From Lingula anatina (Eukaryota > Animalia > Brachiopoda), in NCBI GenBank assembly GCA_051362555.1, contig CM120640.1, positions 36,537,967 to 36,601,966 on the forward strand: DNA of 64,000 nucleotides, written 5' to 3'. The notes beneath the pieces were generated by a model, which was given only the letters and a program-made list of their open reading frames with translations, was not told the origin of the DNA and did no database searches. A program made the position numbers and the translations under genes. This document shows positions 14,701 through 27,260 of this stretch, one piece after another. The stretch's first letter is position 1. The number at the start of each line of letters is the position of its first letter.

Positions 14701-17700
14701 CAGAATACTGAATGAATTAATTGAATCTTATGGCCACGAGAGAAAAGAAATCAGAGGGGGGACATCTGAAGAAGACCTACTGTCGCAAGACAGAGAACAC
14801 AGTGAACTCAAACAGCAAATTCCTAGTGATCATCTCATCCCAAGTGGTGAGCAGATTTTGGCCAATCGCTCCAAAGTTGAAATAGTTACGATAACACCCC
14901 AGGGCAAAGGGTCTCGCCCCATGCCCAAAACCAAATCTCCTCCAATGATGGCTGTGCAGCCACTTAGCAGTTTTAAACCTAAAACTGTCAACAAACCTCT
15001 CACTTCTGGACCTGTCAAACCAAACTCACCCAGTTCTAAATCTCCTTCACATTCAAATGTGTCAGAAGATCTGAGGTCTCCTAATCAGAATACTCACCTT
15101 AACGGTGTTCTCGGTGTTCATCAAAGTAGTTCTCCTCCCCAAGTCAGTACCTCCTTGTCCACTATGGATGCAACCCATATGCAACCAAGTGCAGCACCTG
15201 GCAGCAGTAAGGCCAATATAGCGCCACCTATGGGCAGCAGTAGGGTGTCGCCATCTACAGGTGCGCACCATGTCTCCTTCATGGCTGATAGTTCAGCTGG
15301 GGAAATGACAGCCCATTCCACCACCTTGGCTAGGGAAGGTTGGTGTGTTTCTAGAAATAATACGGGACATAATATTACAATCCTCTAAGGCATAGGGGGC
15401 AAATATTTTGTATCAGTTTGAGTCTTTGTATGTATTTGGTCAGCAGGTAGTGATGTACTGTGTGTACAATATTCAGTCTAAATTTGTTGTATAAAAACCA
15501 CAGAGATTAAAGATTATGAATGTTGTCTCATTATTGCAAGGGAGAGCATTGGTTTCAAATGAAAATCTAAATGATAAAAAATCATCGGAAACAATGTTTA
15601 AATAGATGAAAAAATGGACTGAACATTGGAGTATTTCACACAAACTATTTCCCCCTTTGTCTTTAACTCATTTAATCCAATAATTAATTGGAAAATGGAT
15701 TAAGAGATGTGAGAGAAAGATGTTATAGAAATAGGTGGTGGTGGTAGTAGATAATGGAATTAACAAAAAACTAACGTCTTTAAATTGGGTTGTTGCAGTA
15801 CTACAGTAACGAAACAGAAGCTTGAGACATGTGTGGACATAGACAACTATGTACGAGAAACACTACAAAAGTTAATTAAGTTGGTGGTTTTATGCATGAG
15901 TCCTTATTATTTCATAGGTGGGCGTTATCCCAGTGAAGGTGCTGCCCCCCAGAGAGGCAGGGATAAACTAAAAAGCCTGGACATCAGCACAGTGAAGGAA
16001 GAACCTGACATGTCTGACCAGGATGTTATAGTGAGTTGACTGTTGAAGAGGAGAGGGCAGCTGCTCAATATTTGAGTTAATGTGTTGCAAAAAAAAGATA
16101 CTTGTAATGTTTAAAACTGAATTCTTGTGTCCCTGGTAGAAAAACTATAATGCTTGATATTTAAAACTGAGAATTCTGTTTATGCGTCATATTTAAGATG
16201 CTTCATACTTAAAACCAAGTAAAAATGTTGGATTTAAGGATCATACTATGACTCCATTAGATACTTTAGGTATAAACTTCATATATTTAAATTGCAATTC
16301 CTTTATATTTGATAAACTTTAGAACTATGATCTTTTCAGTTCATTTCCCTCTGTCCACATTTACAAATTCCCATTCTCTTCTAGGCCACCAAGAATTTTA
16401 AGAATCTCAGGAAGAATTTTGCCCTGAATGGAAAAATAAGACTCAGTATATCGGCCAGTGATTTACTTGGGAAATCTGTAAGTAGATAATTTAATGTTTT
16501 GAATGTAGATTTAAAATGGTGTAAACTAGAAAACTATTTATTCTGCAAAAACATTGCACCATGTAACTCCATTCGACAAATCTCTTGCGTTTCACCTTAA
16601 GAAGCCAACATTAGAAGAATATTCAAATATAGGCCCCACTCCAAATCTTAACTGTATTTTGATCGAAAACTCCGCTTAATATTATTCTTTAATTCATTAA
16701 ATTTTTTCAATCTTTTCAGCATGAAGAGTTGGTTTTACTTCTGATAGAATTACGACGAAAGCAGTCCAGACTGGAGGCTGCAAGGGATGTGTATAAACAA
16801 CAGTTGGAAACAGCAAAAGTGAGAGAGAAGGATTTCCAGGCATTGTAAGTGGATACTGTGCATATTGGTATTGAAATGATTGTGATGATGTAAATCTGTA
16901 CGTCTTCTTATTTGGACAGTAATGGCAATGTCCTTTGTAATTGATTGTCACAAGTTTAAGTACTCCTAGTTGAACCATAGCTAAAACATAAATGTTACTC
17001 TTGCAGGCTCCAGACTGGGAATCGGCCACCAGATTATATGGAACGAGACCACCACATGTACTTGGACATCAAGAAGCAACTAGAAGACATTGAAAAACAG
17101 GTCAGATTTTCACATGAACTTTTTTCAAAGTTTCAAGTCGGGAATTCTTTTCTAAATGCCAAAGATTAAAATTATTATAAATGAGCATTTATTGTACATG
17201 TCAGTGTGATTAATCATGATATAAAACTGAAGAACACCTTTGTTATGATTATTGTTGGTTTTTCAGCTTGAGGTACACAAACCTTTGGTGAATTTGGTAG
17301 ACAATCTGGTGAAAATGGGCAGTTTATATGGTGGTGACAATGACATGTTTGCTTCACAGTATAAGAGGGTAAGAACAACACACTGGAGGTTTATTGGGCA
17401 GTGGTTTTTGAGAGTTTAGTTTAACAAAAACTGAGCTTGAAAATAAAGATAACTTGGTAAATATTATAAGACTCCACGTGAATTCCACGTTGTTAATTAT
17501 AAGGAGATATTACAATTATAGCAGAAGGGTTTTTAAACCCCCCTCAATGAAATTCTAGATCCACCCCTGGAAACATTATTACTATTTAATCATTGTTACT
17601 TGTGTTTTACCTATTTAATAATGGCTACTCCTAGTTCCAGATTACAGGAAGTTCAAAGTTAAACTTTACTTTAAAGTTAATTACTATAATCAGCTTGAGT

Positions 17701-20700
17701 ATAATGAAAAAGAAATACTGTTTTTGATTTTTCAGAATCTATTGAGTCCAGAGGAGTACACACCTCCCAAAAGAATGCTGGATTTCACAAGAAAGATGCA
17801 GGAAGAGAAGCTGGCCCAGGATTATGAAAAGGAGGTGAAGCATCTCAGTGAAGATGAGGTGGACCTGGAGGTAAAGGGGGAAATTACTGATTTTTAGTGT
17901 TAGCACATGGAGTCTGAGAGGTTGTTGTAAACAAGTATTTTTAGCATGCCTTCACCATTTTTATAAAGTAACTGGAAACAGCATAAGCTTGTAATCTCTG
18001 AAAATGAATGTGAGTTTTAGCTGTAAGCGATATTTTTGTCAAATATGGCCAAAAACCTTTTCATCTCCTATGAAAATATTATAACAGATAAGTGTAAAAC
18101 TTGTTAATGGTTGATTGTATTACTTGAATTGAAGATGCATAGTACCTTTTCAACAGATAATGTTGTTGATGATATTATTATTTTTTTAATTAGGAAAAGT
18201 TACAGAAGTTGTATGGTCTAGATCGTTCGCTCCAGGAAAAGTCATTTATGGTGACTAGTCTACAAGAGGATAAAGTAAGTATTACCGGCATACTTTATTA
18301 CAGAGGTTCAGATTTATTCCCATATTTGTAGATTATACTAGATTATTACCAGTAACTGAACCATTAACACGCCTGTCCATTTATGATATCACCTGTGCTC
18401 AATTTGTTACAGGAGTTGTTGGAGAAAGCATTAAACAATGTGAAGGCTCAGCTGGACCACTCTCAGGATGATCTCCGGGAAGCTGCTCGCCTGTCACAGC
18501 AGCAGAAAAATATCGAGAAAGAGTTGTCTAAGGTGCGCCAACAGCTGGCTGATAACTCAAAGGTAAGGAACCAGTCAAGTTATCTTATGTTTGATTCAGA
18601 TTGCAAAATGCAAACCATTAAAAAAATTGGCTAATATCATCTTGCTTTCTGCGTTGTCTTCAAAGTCATGGTGACAGACATTAAAGGTTCAAAACCCAAA
18701 AGTGTATCTACTTATGCACTTATCTACTAATTTTTTGTTGATGGTCAATTATAATAGAATTTTAATAAGATTATCACAGTTTCATTCTTTACATAGAAAT
18801 GCGATAATGAAAAACATTTTCTTATTCACATTTGTAACCCCCACCGCACTTAAATTTAATGATTCACTGAACATCTTTATGTCTCTAAAACGATTCCTTA
18901 AGCAAATGTGTTCTTTTGTAGGTATTAGAAGAACTTACCACTGAAAATGCTAAAGTGGAACATGAGGTCAAGATCTTAAGGTCTAAAATTCATGGAGTTC
19001 GGAAAAGCACAAGTACCCCCACCCTGGTAAGTCAAAGCGTATTACAGTCATGTAATTGTTCTACCAACCTGGCTTTTCTAACACATTTTCCAGTTAGGTG
19101 AAGCTCATTTTTAGAGATGTTTCTACAATAAAGTGTCAGATTATTAGTACATAGTAACTTCATGGTAATGTATAAATTTTTACATTGCTTGTGAAATCAA
19201 AGATTGTAATGAATACTCTGAAATATGAACAGCATTGAAAATTCATTTTTAAAGATGGAGTTTTTATTACAGTCAAATAATGAATCTGTCCGAGCCAAAG
19301 TCAAGTTGGAACAGGAGCTGTCCAAGGTTCAAGATATGATGAGTGGGCTTAATGAACAGGGCAAGAAGCTGAGAGAAACTATGCAAAATCTACGCAATTC
19401 TTCAACAGGTGTGTTTTAATTGACAACACTACACATCAGTAGGTGTGGTGGACCTCTTGTCAACATTTTTATAATTTAGTATAAACAAAAAAACCTCTGA
19501 GCTCAATATGTTCATTCATAAGTGAACCAAATAGATTTATTTTTGTAAAAGTGCACTCTCTTAACAATTATTGATAAGAAATTGCATGTCTTATATAAAT
19601 ATTTTTTCTTTTAATACTTCAGATGTCAGAGGCTCAGACAAACCACAGGACAAATCCAGTACCTATAATGAAACAGATCTGGACAGTAATAATACTAAGA
19701 ACATTGCACTCTCTGGTTATGATAGGAGAAATGGAAGATCCTATTTAGATCAGGTATGAAAACAGTGGGAGGATAGATTACTATACTATACTCAAGAACA
19801 ATATTTAGAATATCTGGGCACCTTATGTATTAGAAAGAGGGTTATTCAAAGATTCGGTCTAAAGCAAAGTCTACATCATCTGAACTTAGTGTCAAAAACA
19901 ATGGAAGAATTTTGAGCATGTTGAAGGATATTTTCTCCCAAGTGAGTGGCACTGGCTCCATCTATATTTGTGGTAGGGAGGTCACCCTGGGTATGCCACA
20001 TGATGGCAATATTCTAACATATGCTTGTTATTTTGATATTTGTTTATGTTAATCATGGTATATATAACAAATACATTAAATGTAAGCTGTGTCATGTGTA
20101 ATGACCAGTAATCCTGAGACGGGGCTTGTAATTGTAATTTTTTATTTCAGGATGATGATGACAGTGTACAGGACAGTGACACACCATGGGACATCAGTGA
20201 AGCAGATGAAAACACTAAAAGATTCTTTGGTATGTATACAAAGTACATCAGTTTCAATAAATTACATTAAGTCCTATTTTTATTGCTCATTTGGTTCATT
20301 TAGACTTTTCAAGATAGTGTATTTTAGGCTGCAGTATGTCTGTGATTTGCTCCTCTGTTAGATTATTCTGTAACAAATTCCTTTATTACTCATCAGGTTT
20401 GCTTCCAAAAGATAAGCCTCGAGCTAGAACGCTGAGAGAAGTAAAGCAGAGAGAGACAGAGAGGAGAAGTAGGGACAGGGAAAGGAGGAAGCCCTCAGAC
20501 ACACAAGAAGCACCCGAGCAGGGAATACGGGAGAGAAGCAACTCCATGCCTGAAAGAGGTAAGGTTTCATGTGTGTTATTGTGGTAGGTGTGGTATTGTG
20601 TTAGAGGTGCCATTGCGTTGGAGGTGCCAGTGTGTTAGAGGTGCCATTGTGCTCAGTGTTTCAAGAGGGGAGAAGTTTGTGTAAATGGTGCAGTAAGTGT

Positions 20701-20801
20701 CAGAGCATACATGGAGGTAGTAGCCAAACTTAACAATACTTAAAATATGTCGTATTAACATGGATAACAGCAGATAACAAGCTTAGCTGAGCTGCATGTA
20801 T

Positions 20802-20836
<35 letters not shown>

Positions 20837-23800
20837 TCAATTTTTGATGACATAATTGATAGCTTTTGATATTAGTAATAAGCTGGCTACTGTCTAAATG
20901 CATGTGCATGTATTCCTTTTATATTCACTTTCTTTGGGATTGGTCTTTTCAGCCAAAATGTTTTATTTCAAAGAGCCTATGCATGTTCAATGTCTAACAC
21001 TGGTGGTATCTCTGCACATAGGTAGACGGTCTCAGTCGTTGCCACGAAAGTTGAACGAAGTCCCCTCACTGCAACAGCATGCCAAAAACAGTGTTGTTTC
21101 ACCTAAGGAGCTCTTCACTGGGAAGAGAATAAAGGTAGGGAAAAGAAGCTGTTTTTAGCAACGAGGCATGAGCAGGAAGTGTGCGCAGGTGCCCCTAACA
21201 TTGTATATGTGTGCAGCATAGCTTAATGTTAACATTAGTCGAAGGTTGTTAGACAGGTAGTAGATTTGAAAAGGAGAAGGGTTTGTGTCAGTTTATCAAT
21301 TTTCAGGGGCTTTGAAGTTAACTCACCATTTATTTATTATTATTATTGCTATTATTTTGCTTCTCTATTTGTTTCATTGTTACTATTTTCCATTTTTTTA
21401 TCACAGGATCGAGAAAGGAGGCTTTCAGCAGCAGAGAGACTCTTCCCTACTCCTACCAACAACAGTACTCCTACCACCTCAGCCCCCAGTAATAGTAATA
21501 GTAATACCAGTACCAGTCACATGCCCAGACCTGCCGCCACAGCTTCTGTCCGCCCCATGCAGCTCTCAGCAGAATCCAAGGCTCGCAGGCACAGCGAGTT
21601 AGGACTGGCACCAAAACCATTTCAGGCCTCGGGCTCCACTGGGGGGTTCAGTAGGGTGAACCCATCATTGGGGCCCAATCGCACTGGCTCTACACCTAAC
21701 TTGTACAATACCACACAGGGCACTGGTCCTGTTAAACAGGGCCCTGCAGTGCCCCCCAAGAAGAAGAAAGGACCACCCAGGAGAACAGGGGCAAGGTAGT
21801 CAAACTTTTTGACAAATAGAGAGACAATTGTTGACTTTTCGGGTGCAAAAAAGCCTAATTATGTATAGTTACTTTGTTTTTTTATGCATTTTAGAACATG
21901 ATATTCTTAACGTAATGGATTCAGACTAACTTATCAAAAAAGTTTGGAATCAACATAGGTCAGTGAATTCTAGGGTATTAAAATGTCCAGGTTATCTGTT
22001 ATGTTTGTTATAAATACTGAGATATTCATTACTTCTGCTCAAAGTATAAAGGTTAAAAGAAGATATTACCATATATTTTAGGTACCTGACCATCTCAAGT
22101 AGTGCACCACTCCAACTGGAAACCTCTCCAACTAAGAAACTAGGAGTACAGACTTCTGCTGGAGACTTGATAATCAATCAGGTAAAAGATAACGAAATTT
22201 CTAAAATCACACATAACCAATGACGTAAAAAGTAAAAGAATTTCTTAAATCACACATAACCAATGAGGTAAAAGATAACAGAATTTCTAAAATCACACAT
22301 AACCAATGAGGTGAAAGTTTATGATTGAGTATGAAGTAAATTATGAGAAAGTTGTATTTTGCATTTAATTTATTAACTAAGAAATTTGTATGAAGATGTG
22401 CATAAAGATGAAAGTTTCAGATGTTTTGTTTCCTCAATTGTGTAAAGCCAAAGTTCGGTTAATATGTACTTTACATCAATTCAACACTTGCAGAATGATC
22501 CATTTGAAAGTGCAACTGGAGTTCGCAGAGGTTCCCTAGACTTTACTCCAGATTATGTACAGAGTACCTCATTCAAAAATGAACACATAAGCATTGACAC
22601 CATAGAAAAAGAAGTGGTAAGCTCATGGTGCAAATATGGCAGTGAAATATATATATATAAATATATGATTTTGGAATTTTGAGTTAAACTTAATGTTCAG
22701 CTCACTTAGCCTTTGAGATGATCATATTGCTCTTTCAAATGATAAAGGGGCATTGGTTTTATGAAAACTAGCCTGAGAAAAGATGCCTTTTGTTATCAGA
22801 GGCTCAATACTTTTAGATGCAGTGGAAAGATTGAAGTAACAAATTTGCCAGCATAGACAAGACTACAAAATCTGAATACAGATAGACAATACAACAAAAT
22901 GTGAATATGATAGAGAAACTGTTTCACCATAAGAAAATATCCTTGTTTCAGTTATTCATCCCAGGGAAGATCGAAATACCAGAACGTTATGTACCAGAGA
23001 GTGACGAGGAAGAACTCACAGAGGATGAAAAGAGAATGCGTCAGAAAAAGGCTGACCGAATAAAAAAGTTGCTCTCTGCACAAAGGTGAAATATCCAACA
23101 CTAGTGTTACCATGTTTTTTTTATTGTCCAGTAGGGCTTATCAAAAATGTGAATTTAAACGCTTATCATTATCATAATTTGTGCCTCCTGGCCTTATGCT
23201 GTTGTTTAGAATTCGGTAGTATTGTCAGTTTTAATATCATGTGTGGTATTTCTAAAATGAGTAAAATTTGACAAGAGCATATTAAACCACACCTTTCATC
23301 TGAAACACATATGTATACAGCATTTCTGTTTTCTCATTTCAGTCTTCAAGACTGGACAGAAACAGAACTGGACCCCTTCAAACAAGAGAATGTGCATGAT
23401 AAGTTCAGTGAAGAGAAACATCACAGAGAGCATTTACTATCTCTAAACCAGGCACTCGCTAAGGAGGTGACACAGAAAACCAGACAAGTAGCAGGTAAGT
23501 AATGAATCCTCTAGGGGTTTGGGATTTTAATAGAAATGCAGAAGGCTTTAGCAAGATTAGTCTTTACAATACCTTCATTCTTATCTTAGTTTGGTTATTG
23601 AATTATTTTTTAGATGTGGCTTGAAGGTCAAGGTATCTGTCCCAATTTTTTTAACAGTTAAAATTTATTACAAAACCAGATTCAGTTCATTTTTATATCA
23701 AACTGCAAATACACATTTCATTTGGCATGATTGTACACAAATAATAGAATAAGTACGATTTATTACCCAAGATTTTGTTTCGTTCTATCTATGAAAGAGA

Positions 23801-25730
23801 GCAGACGACAAGCAGCCATATTGAAAGAGGATCAGAAAGACACTGACAGTGACGACACTGGGGCACCTAAAGTGTCTGCCACATACTATAATGATCCATA
23901 CTCTGCTAACCCAATCTCTTTACGCCCTCCCAGTCTGGCTAGTGAGGCACCTCTATAAGATGGTGAAGACATACGAATCACTTTTAAAACTGGTGCTCGA
24001 CATTTGTTTGCATGTCTGTTGCTGTCATCTAATAAGCAGGCCACAGTTACCACAGAGTAGAATTCCAAATATCTGCTCTTATGAATTCATACTGAATTCA
24101 GAAATGTTTTTCCCCAAAATTATTTTCTGTGATTTATATTTTGCTAAGTATCTGCGTGAGTTGAACCTTCTGAATTGAGGAATGTTTTCCCAAAACTCTT
24201 TCTTTTATATTTTGCTAAGTCTATGTATGAGTGGAACAAAGAGTGGTAAGTGGAAAATATATATGTGCTAAGTGTTATCATGTGATGGGTCAGTGAAGCA
24301 TGAGGAACTCCTGTGTATATCTACCCACAATTGTGATATCAGAATATCTATATATATCCTCCTACTTTGCATTACCTACTTTGGTCTCACCTCGTGATAA
24401 AGCATGTGTTATTTTTCTCGGAACAACAATCAGTCTTTAAAAAAAAAAGCCTTGTCTTTTTAAAAAAGCCTATCCATATAATATGATAGACAGCAGATAT
24501 GCAGCATTTGAAAGGACCACACTTCACCAAATATATATTCTAATTCTTACACCAACATTTGACGGTGGTGGACATACTAAACACTCCAACTATTACCTAA
24601 AATCAATGATTTCAGTGGAGGTTATGTGGAGAAGGGCTCAGGGAATTAATGTTGTAATTAGCTGATGTTAATTATACTGGTATTTTCTTCAAGTACTTAT
24701 CTTTCCAATCACATATCTAATACAGTAGATCTCCAGCTCTGGCCCTGATTGGGCTCAGCATGTATTATACTAATGTATATGGTGACGGTTCTAAAACTAG
24801 ACTGAATTATATGTTTGCTGGCTGTTGAAATGTGCTGAGTGTTTGTGGTCTGTTGTATTAGTATCTGTCAGTACAGTGACTGCATTTTATATGTTAGTCA
24901 TAGTTTGCTTTTCCATTGCTTGCTTCAGATGTTGATGATTAAGACAGTAAGACATGTAACCTGTGCTTCTAAGGGGCTTTCTCTCTTGTCTCTTTTCTAG
25001 TCCAAACTTTTCCTGTGCACTGCGCGGATTTTTTTGACTATGTGTAACACTGGCTGGGTGTAGGTATATAGCAAACTGCCTGCGTTCATATTTGCAGTAG
25101 TTGTTGTCCTTTTTTGTGCTCTGTCATTCATGGTGTATTGTGAACTGTGGTGCTTCTGTATATTCCTGCATGCTCAAGGTGGATGGGTTGGATACAAATA
25201 CATTTGTTCATTAGAAAAAAGATAAAAGTATTATCACAGAAATCTGTTATTTTCACCTGTTTTATTTCTTTTTAGAAGCTATTAAGATGCAAATGTAGCT
25301 TTTTTGCATTATGAAGGTTTTCTGTTTACCATACTTAGATAAAAAAAAAAGTGAAGAGTTCTACAGTTCTGAATGTATAGAATAGAAAACTGTATTGGTT
25401 TGCTGCATGAAAATGCTTTATTTTATGAAGCATGGTGTTAAATATGTTGCAGTTTCTGTTAGTGTTCAAAAGTACAACAAATTGCTGACTGAGAAGTTTG
25501 TCTGATTTCTCTGAAAACACTTCACAGCATTGAACAAATGACTGTAAAACAATTGAACTTGTTTTTATTCTTGATTAAAAACTATTTCAGCCCAAAGAAG
25601 AAAGACCTGGTCGTCCAGTGATTCACACGTCGTCACGGCAACTAGAGTGGAAGTTAGTGACGGAAGTGACAGTGACATAGAGAACCTGGGGACTCCACTT
25701 GTACAACAGCGTGAAAATTTCTTCACATGA
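2059..25730 (+). CDS. PLEKHA7: Pleckstrin homology domain-containing family A member 5/6/7-like (kramer-like) gene, 5'-partial, ~30 coding exons
   Basis: Phase-consistent GT-AG exon chain: 2059-2133, 6248-6320, 7429-7501, 8005-8105, 8437-8546, 9065-9127, 10226-11663, 11916-12084, 12585-12719, 14481-15338, 15918-16030, 16385-16477, 16720-16844, 17007-17100, 17267-17368, 17736-17870, 18194-18274, 18413-18562, 18922-19026, 19273-19408, 19623-19753, 20151-20229, 20397-20558, 21022-21134, 21407-21795, 22082-22181, 22494-22616, 22952-23085, 23343-23494, 25591-25730. It encodes a WW tail (HNTQVSTFTHPVTG), a PEPP-type PH domain (KGWLYKQ..WKRRWFVLSDFCLFYYK..LGSILLPSY..RTYYFAAET..WMNAM), SASDLLGKSHEELVLLLIELRR and KIEIPERYVPE. 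Probably co-orthologous to vertebrate PLEKHA5/6/7, so the symbol is approximate. Confidence 0.9.
2167..2210. repeat. poly(T) tract
   Basis: Mononucleotide run. Confidence 0.95.
2743..2780. repeat. poly(C) tract
   Basis: Mononucleotide run. Confidence 0.95.
6248..6320 (+). CDS. PLEKHA exon, PH domain start
   Basis: IVDSPMAKRSEEAPVSMKGWLYKQ; ag|..|gtaggc. Confidence 0.9.
7429..7501 (+). CDS. PLEKHA exon, PH domain
   Basis: EGGTIKQWKRRWFVLSDFCLFYYK; ttttacag|..|gtaagg. Confidence 0.95.
8005..8105 (+). CDS. PLEKHA exon, PH domain
   Basis: GPEEQQTLGSILLPSYKINPCARDDGIGKKFAFK; phase 1-0. Confidence 0.95.
8437..8546 (+). CDS. PLEKHA exon, PH domain end
   Basis: AEHQNMRTYYFAAETKEGMQKWMNAMSLATILQRDP; ctccag|..|gtaag. 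Confidence 0.95.
9065..9127 (+). CDS. PLEKHA candidate 63-nt cassette exon
   Basis: Polypyrimidine tract + tgtag|; YQRRWQQTSQYPPHDYHSNA; phase 2-2. Confidence 0.65.
10226..11663 (+). CDS. PLEKHA large exon, P/Q/G/S-rich disordered region
   Basis: Covers the 481-aa ORF 10227-11672; ctttcag| acceptor, cag|gtaatt donor; phase 2-0. Confidence 0.92.
11916..12084 (+). CDS. PLEKHA exon
   Basis: EPSVPDSYLWAKQHVEQ..PDSYLKAKDEVERMQPRPREK; phase 0-1. Confidence 0.85.
12585..12719 (+). CDS. PLEKHA exon
   Basis: EHEGHQDDRRAHYGGYPTVAQ..DYEHLDNFYSNLNDPP; phase 1-1. Confidence 0.8.
14481..15338 (+). CDS. PLEKHA 858-nt S/P-rich exon (possible cassette)
   Basis: Lies inside the 343-aa ORF 14357-15388; ttatcag| acceptor, gaag|gttggt donor; phase 1-1. 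Confidence 0.8.
15918..19753 (+). CDS. PLEKHA conserved central and coiled-coil exon block (11 exons)
   Basis: Exons 15918-16030, 16385-16477, 16720-16844, 17007-17100, 17267-17368, 17736-17870, 18194-18274, 18413-18562, 18922-19026, 19273-19408, 19623-19753; motifs SISASDLLGKS/HEELVLLLIELRR, KPLVNLVDNLVKMGSLYG, LQEDKELLEKAL. Confidence 0.9.
20151..23494 (+). CDS. PLEKHA C-terminal exon block (8 exons)
   Basis: Exons 20151-20229, 20397-20558, 21022-21134, 21407-21795, 22082-22181, 22494-22616, 22952-23085, 23343-23494; motifs ISEADENTKRFFGLLP, SAAERLF, PGKIEIPERYVPESDEE, REHLLSLNQALAKEV. Confidence 0.9.
22182..22317 (+). repeat. 3 x 43-bp tandem repeat beginning at a splice donor
   Basis: Unit gtaaaagataacgaaatttctaaaatcacacataaccaatga(c/g). 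Confidence 0.9.
23798..23958 (+). CDS. PLEKHA alternative last exon A (ends ..SLASEAPL*)
   Basis: Phase-1 acceptor gaaag|; in frame with ORF 23731-23958. Confidence 0.65.
25001..25047 (+). CDS. PLEKHA candidate alternative last exon B (VQTFPVHCADFFDYV*)
   Basis: Strong pyrimidine tract ctctcttgtctcttttctag|; the phase-1 reading is open to TAA at 25045-25047. Confidence 0.45.
25591..25730 (+). CDS. PLEKHA last exon C (AQRRKTWSSS..PLVQQRENFFT*)
   Basis: tatttcag| phase-1 acceptor; GC-richer coding island in AT-rich DNA; PLxQQRENF resembles invertebrate kramer-like C-termini as I recall them. Confidence 0.75.
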
Positions 25731-27224
25731 TACCAACGGAATGCAGGCCACTCTACATTTGTTAAGAAAGTAATTGTCAATACAGACATTAATAGACTGT
25801 TTAATCTGTTTGTGGATGAATTCATTATATATTTCTTACTTATTTCAGGCACATGATAATGTGGTTTCAACAGTGCACTATTTTTACCACCTCTGTTTAT
25901 GTAAAAAAAATAATAACTGATTATGAAGAAGCTGTGAGTGTTCATGATCAAATATTGTTAATTAAAAAGATATACTCAGCATGACTTTTCATACATTGTG
26001 GTAAATATTATGATTGCTATAGAATAGAATTCTAGTGTAATTTTTTTATAAGTTCTACTGCTGAGGTATTTGCATGTTTACCTGCTATTCAGAATAATTT
26101 TAATGTTAACTCAAAGCACATTGATATGCTTGTCAAATGCTTGTAAATACGTCTTTTTTAAAAACTGGTGTACATTTATTGTCTTTGAACAAGTTTGCAG
26201 AGCAACTTAAAAGCCTATATGTAGTAGTTGCAAAATTTGTACATATCTAAAAAAGTTTAGATTAGACAAAACATCACAGGGTATTTAATTCTATGATATA
26301 CTCTGCTTTTACACAATCAACATTATATGAACAAAAATATATAAATGATACAAAGTTGGAGTCATATTGCCAATAAATATATGATGTTTATTTTGAAGTT
26401 GTGAAAAAAGGTTTTAAAGCATATATTTCAAACCTTGAAGTGGATCAATAGGAAAAAGGGAACAAGTTACTGGATTACTCAGTTTATACCATAAATGACT
26501 TAATGATCAAATGTGGGCTTAATTCTTGCTTGTTAACCACCAAATGCGATGATAATGAATATTTATATGCAGATGACACTTTGATTGTATCGTTCAATTG
26601 CAGTACATATCTTCATCATACATGATGTGGAAATTATCTCATATCAATACTGGAATATTCACAAATGTATATTCTCCTTGCATTCCAAACGCTTGCTCCC
26701 TTGTGTCACAATTTGTGCCATTCAGAACTTTGTGAAAAAATGTGGCTATTTCAAGGAACAGTTACGGAGTGGGCATGTAAATAAAGAACCCAGCATTTAT
26801 ATAAATAATACACTTTATGTTTGAGAAAGTATTTTTTAAAGAAATATTTTCCGTTGTTGAATTCTAGAGTTTTTAATGATATTATTTGTTGGATTATTAT
26901 ACAGTTTGTGATGCAAGTATTTTATGTATAGAGTTAGAGAAAGGGACCACAGTTTTTGATAAAAACAGGGGAAGATATCATTCAGTTTCTCTATGCAGTT
27001 CTAGAAAAAATTTTATTATTAAATTTATAAGTTCATAGTATAAAGATTGTGAGAATTTGAGTGCAGTGGTTATAATTTAGGAAGAAAAAAGTGAGATATT
27101 TTAAGATGCAATAAATTGTTACATGTAATTTCTTTGAACTAGCAAAAGTTGCAAAACTCAATTATATTTACACAAATTTATCTCTTAATCATTTGTATGT
27201 ATTATACAGCTGTATATTTTATGG

Positions 27225-27260
27225 ATTAAAATAAATAATAAGCTCAATTTTGTTTTCTTG
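27225..27260 (+). terminator. Candidate polyadenylation signal of the PLEKHA gene
   Basis: Overlapping ATTAAA/AATAAA (27225-27235) followed by T-rich ttttgttttcttg; sequence character changes just downstream. Other AATAAA at 26372 and 27110. Confidence 0.4.
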
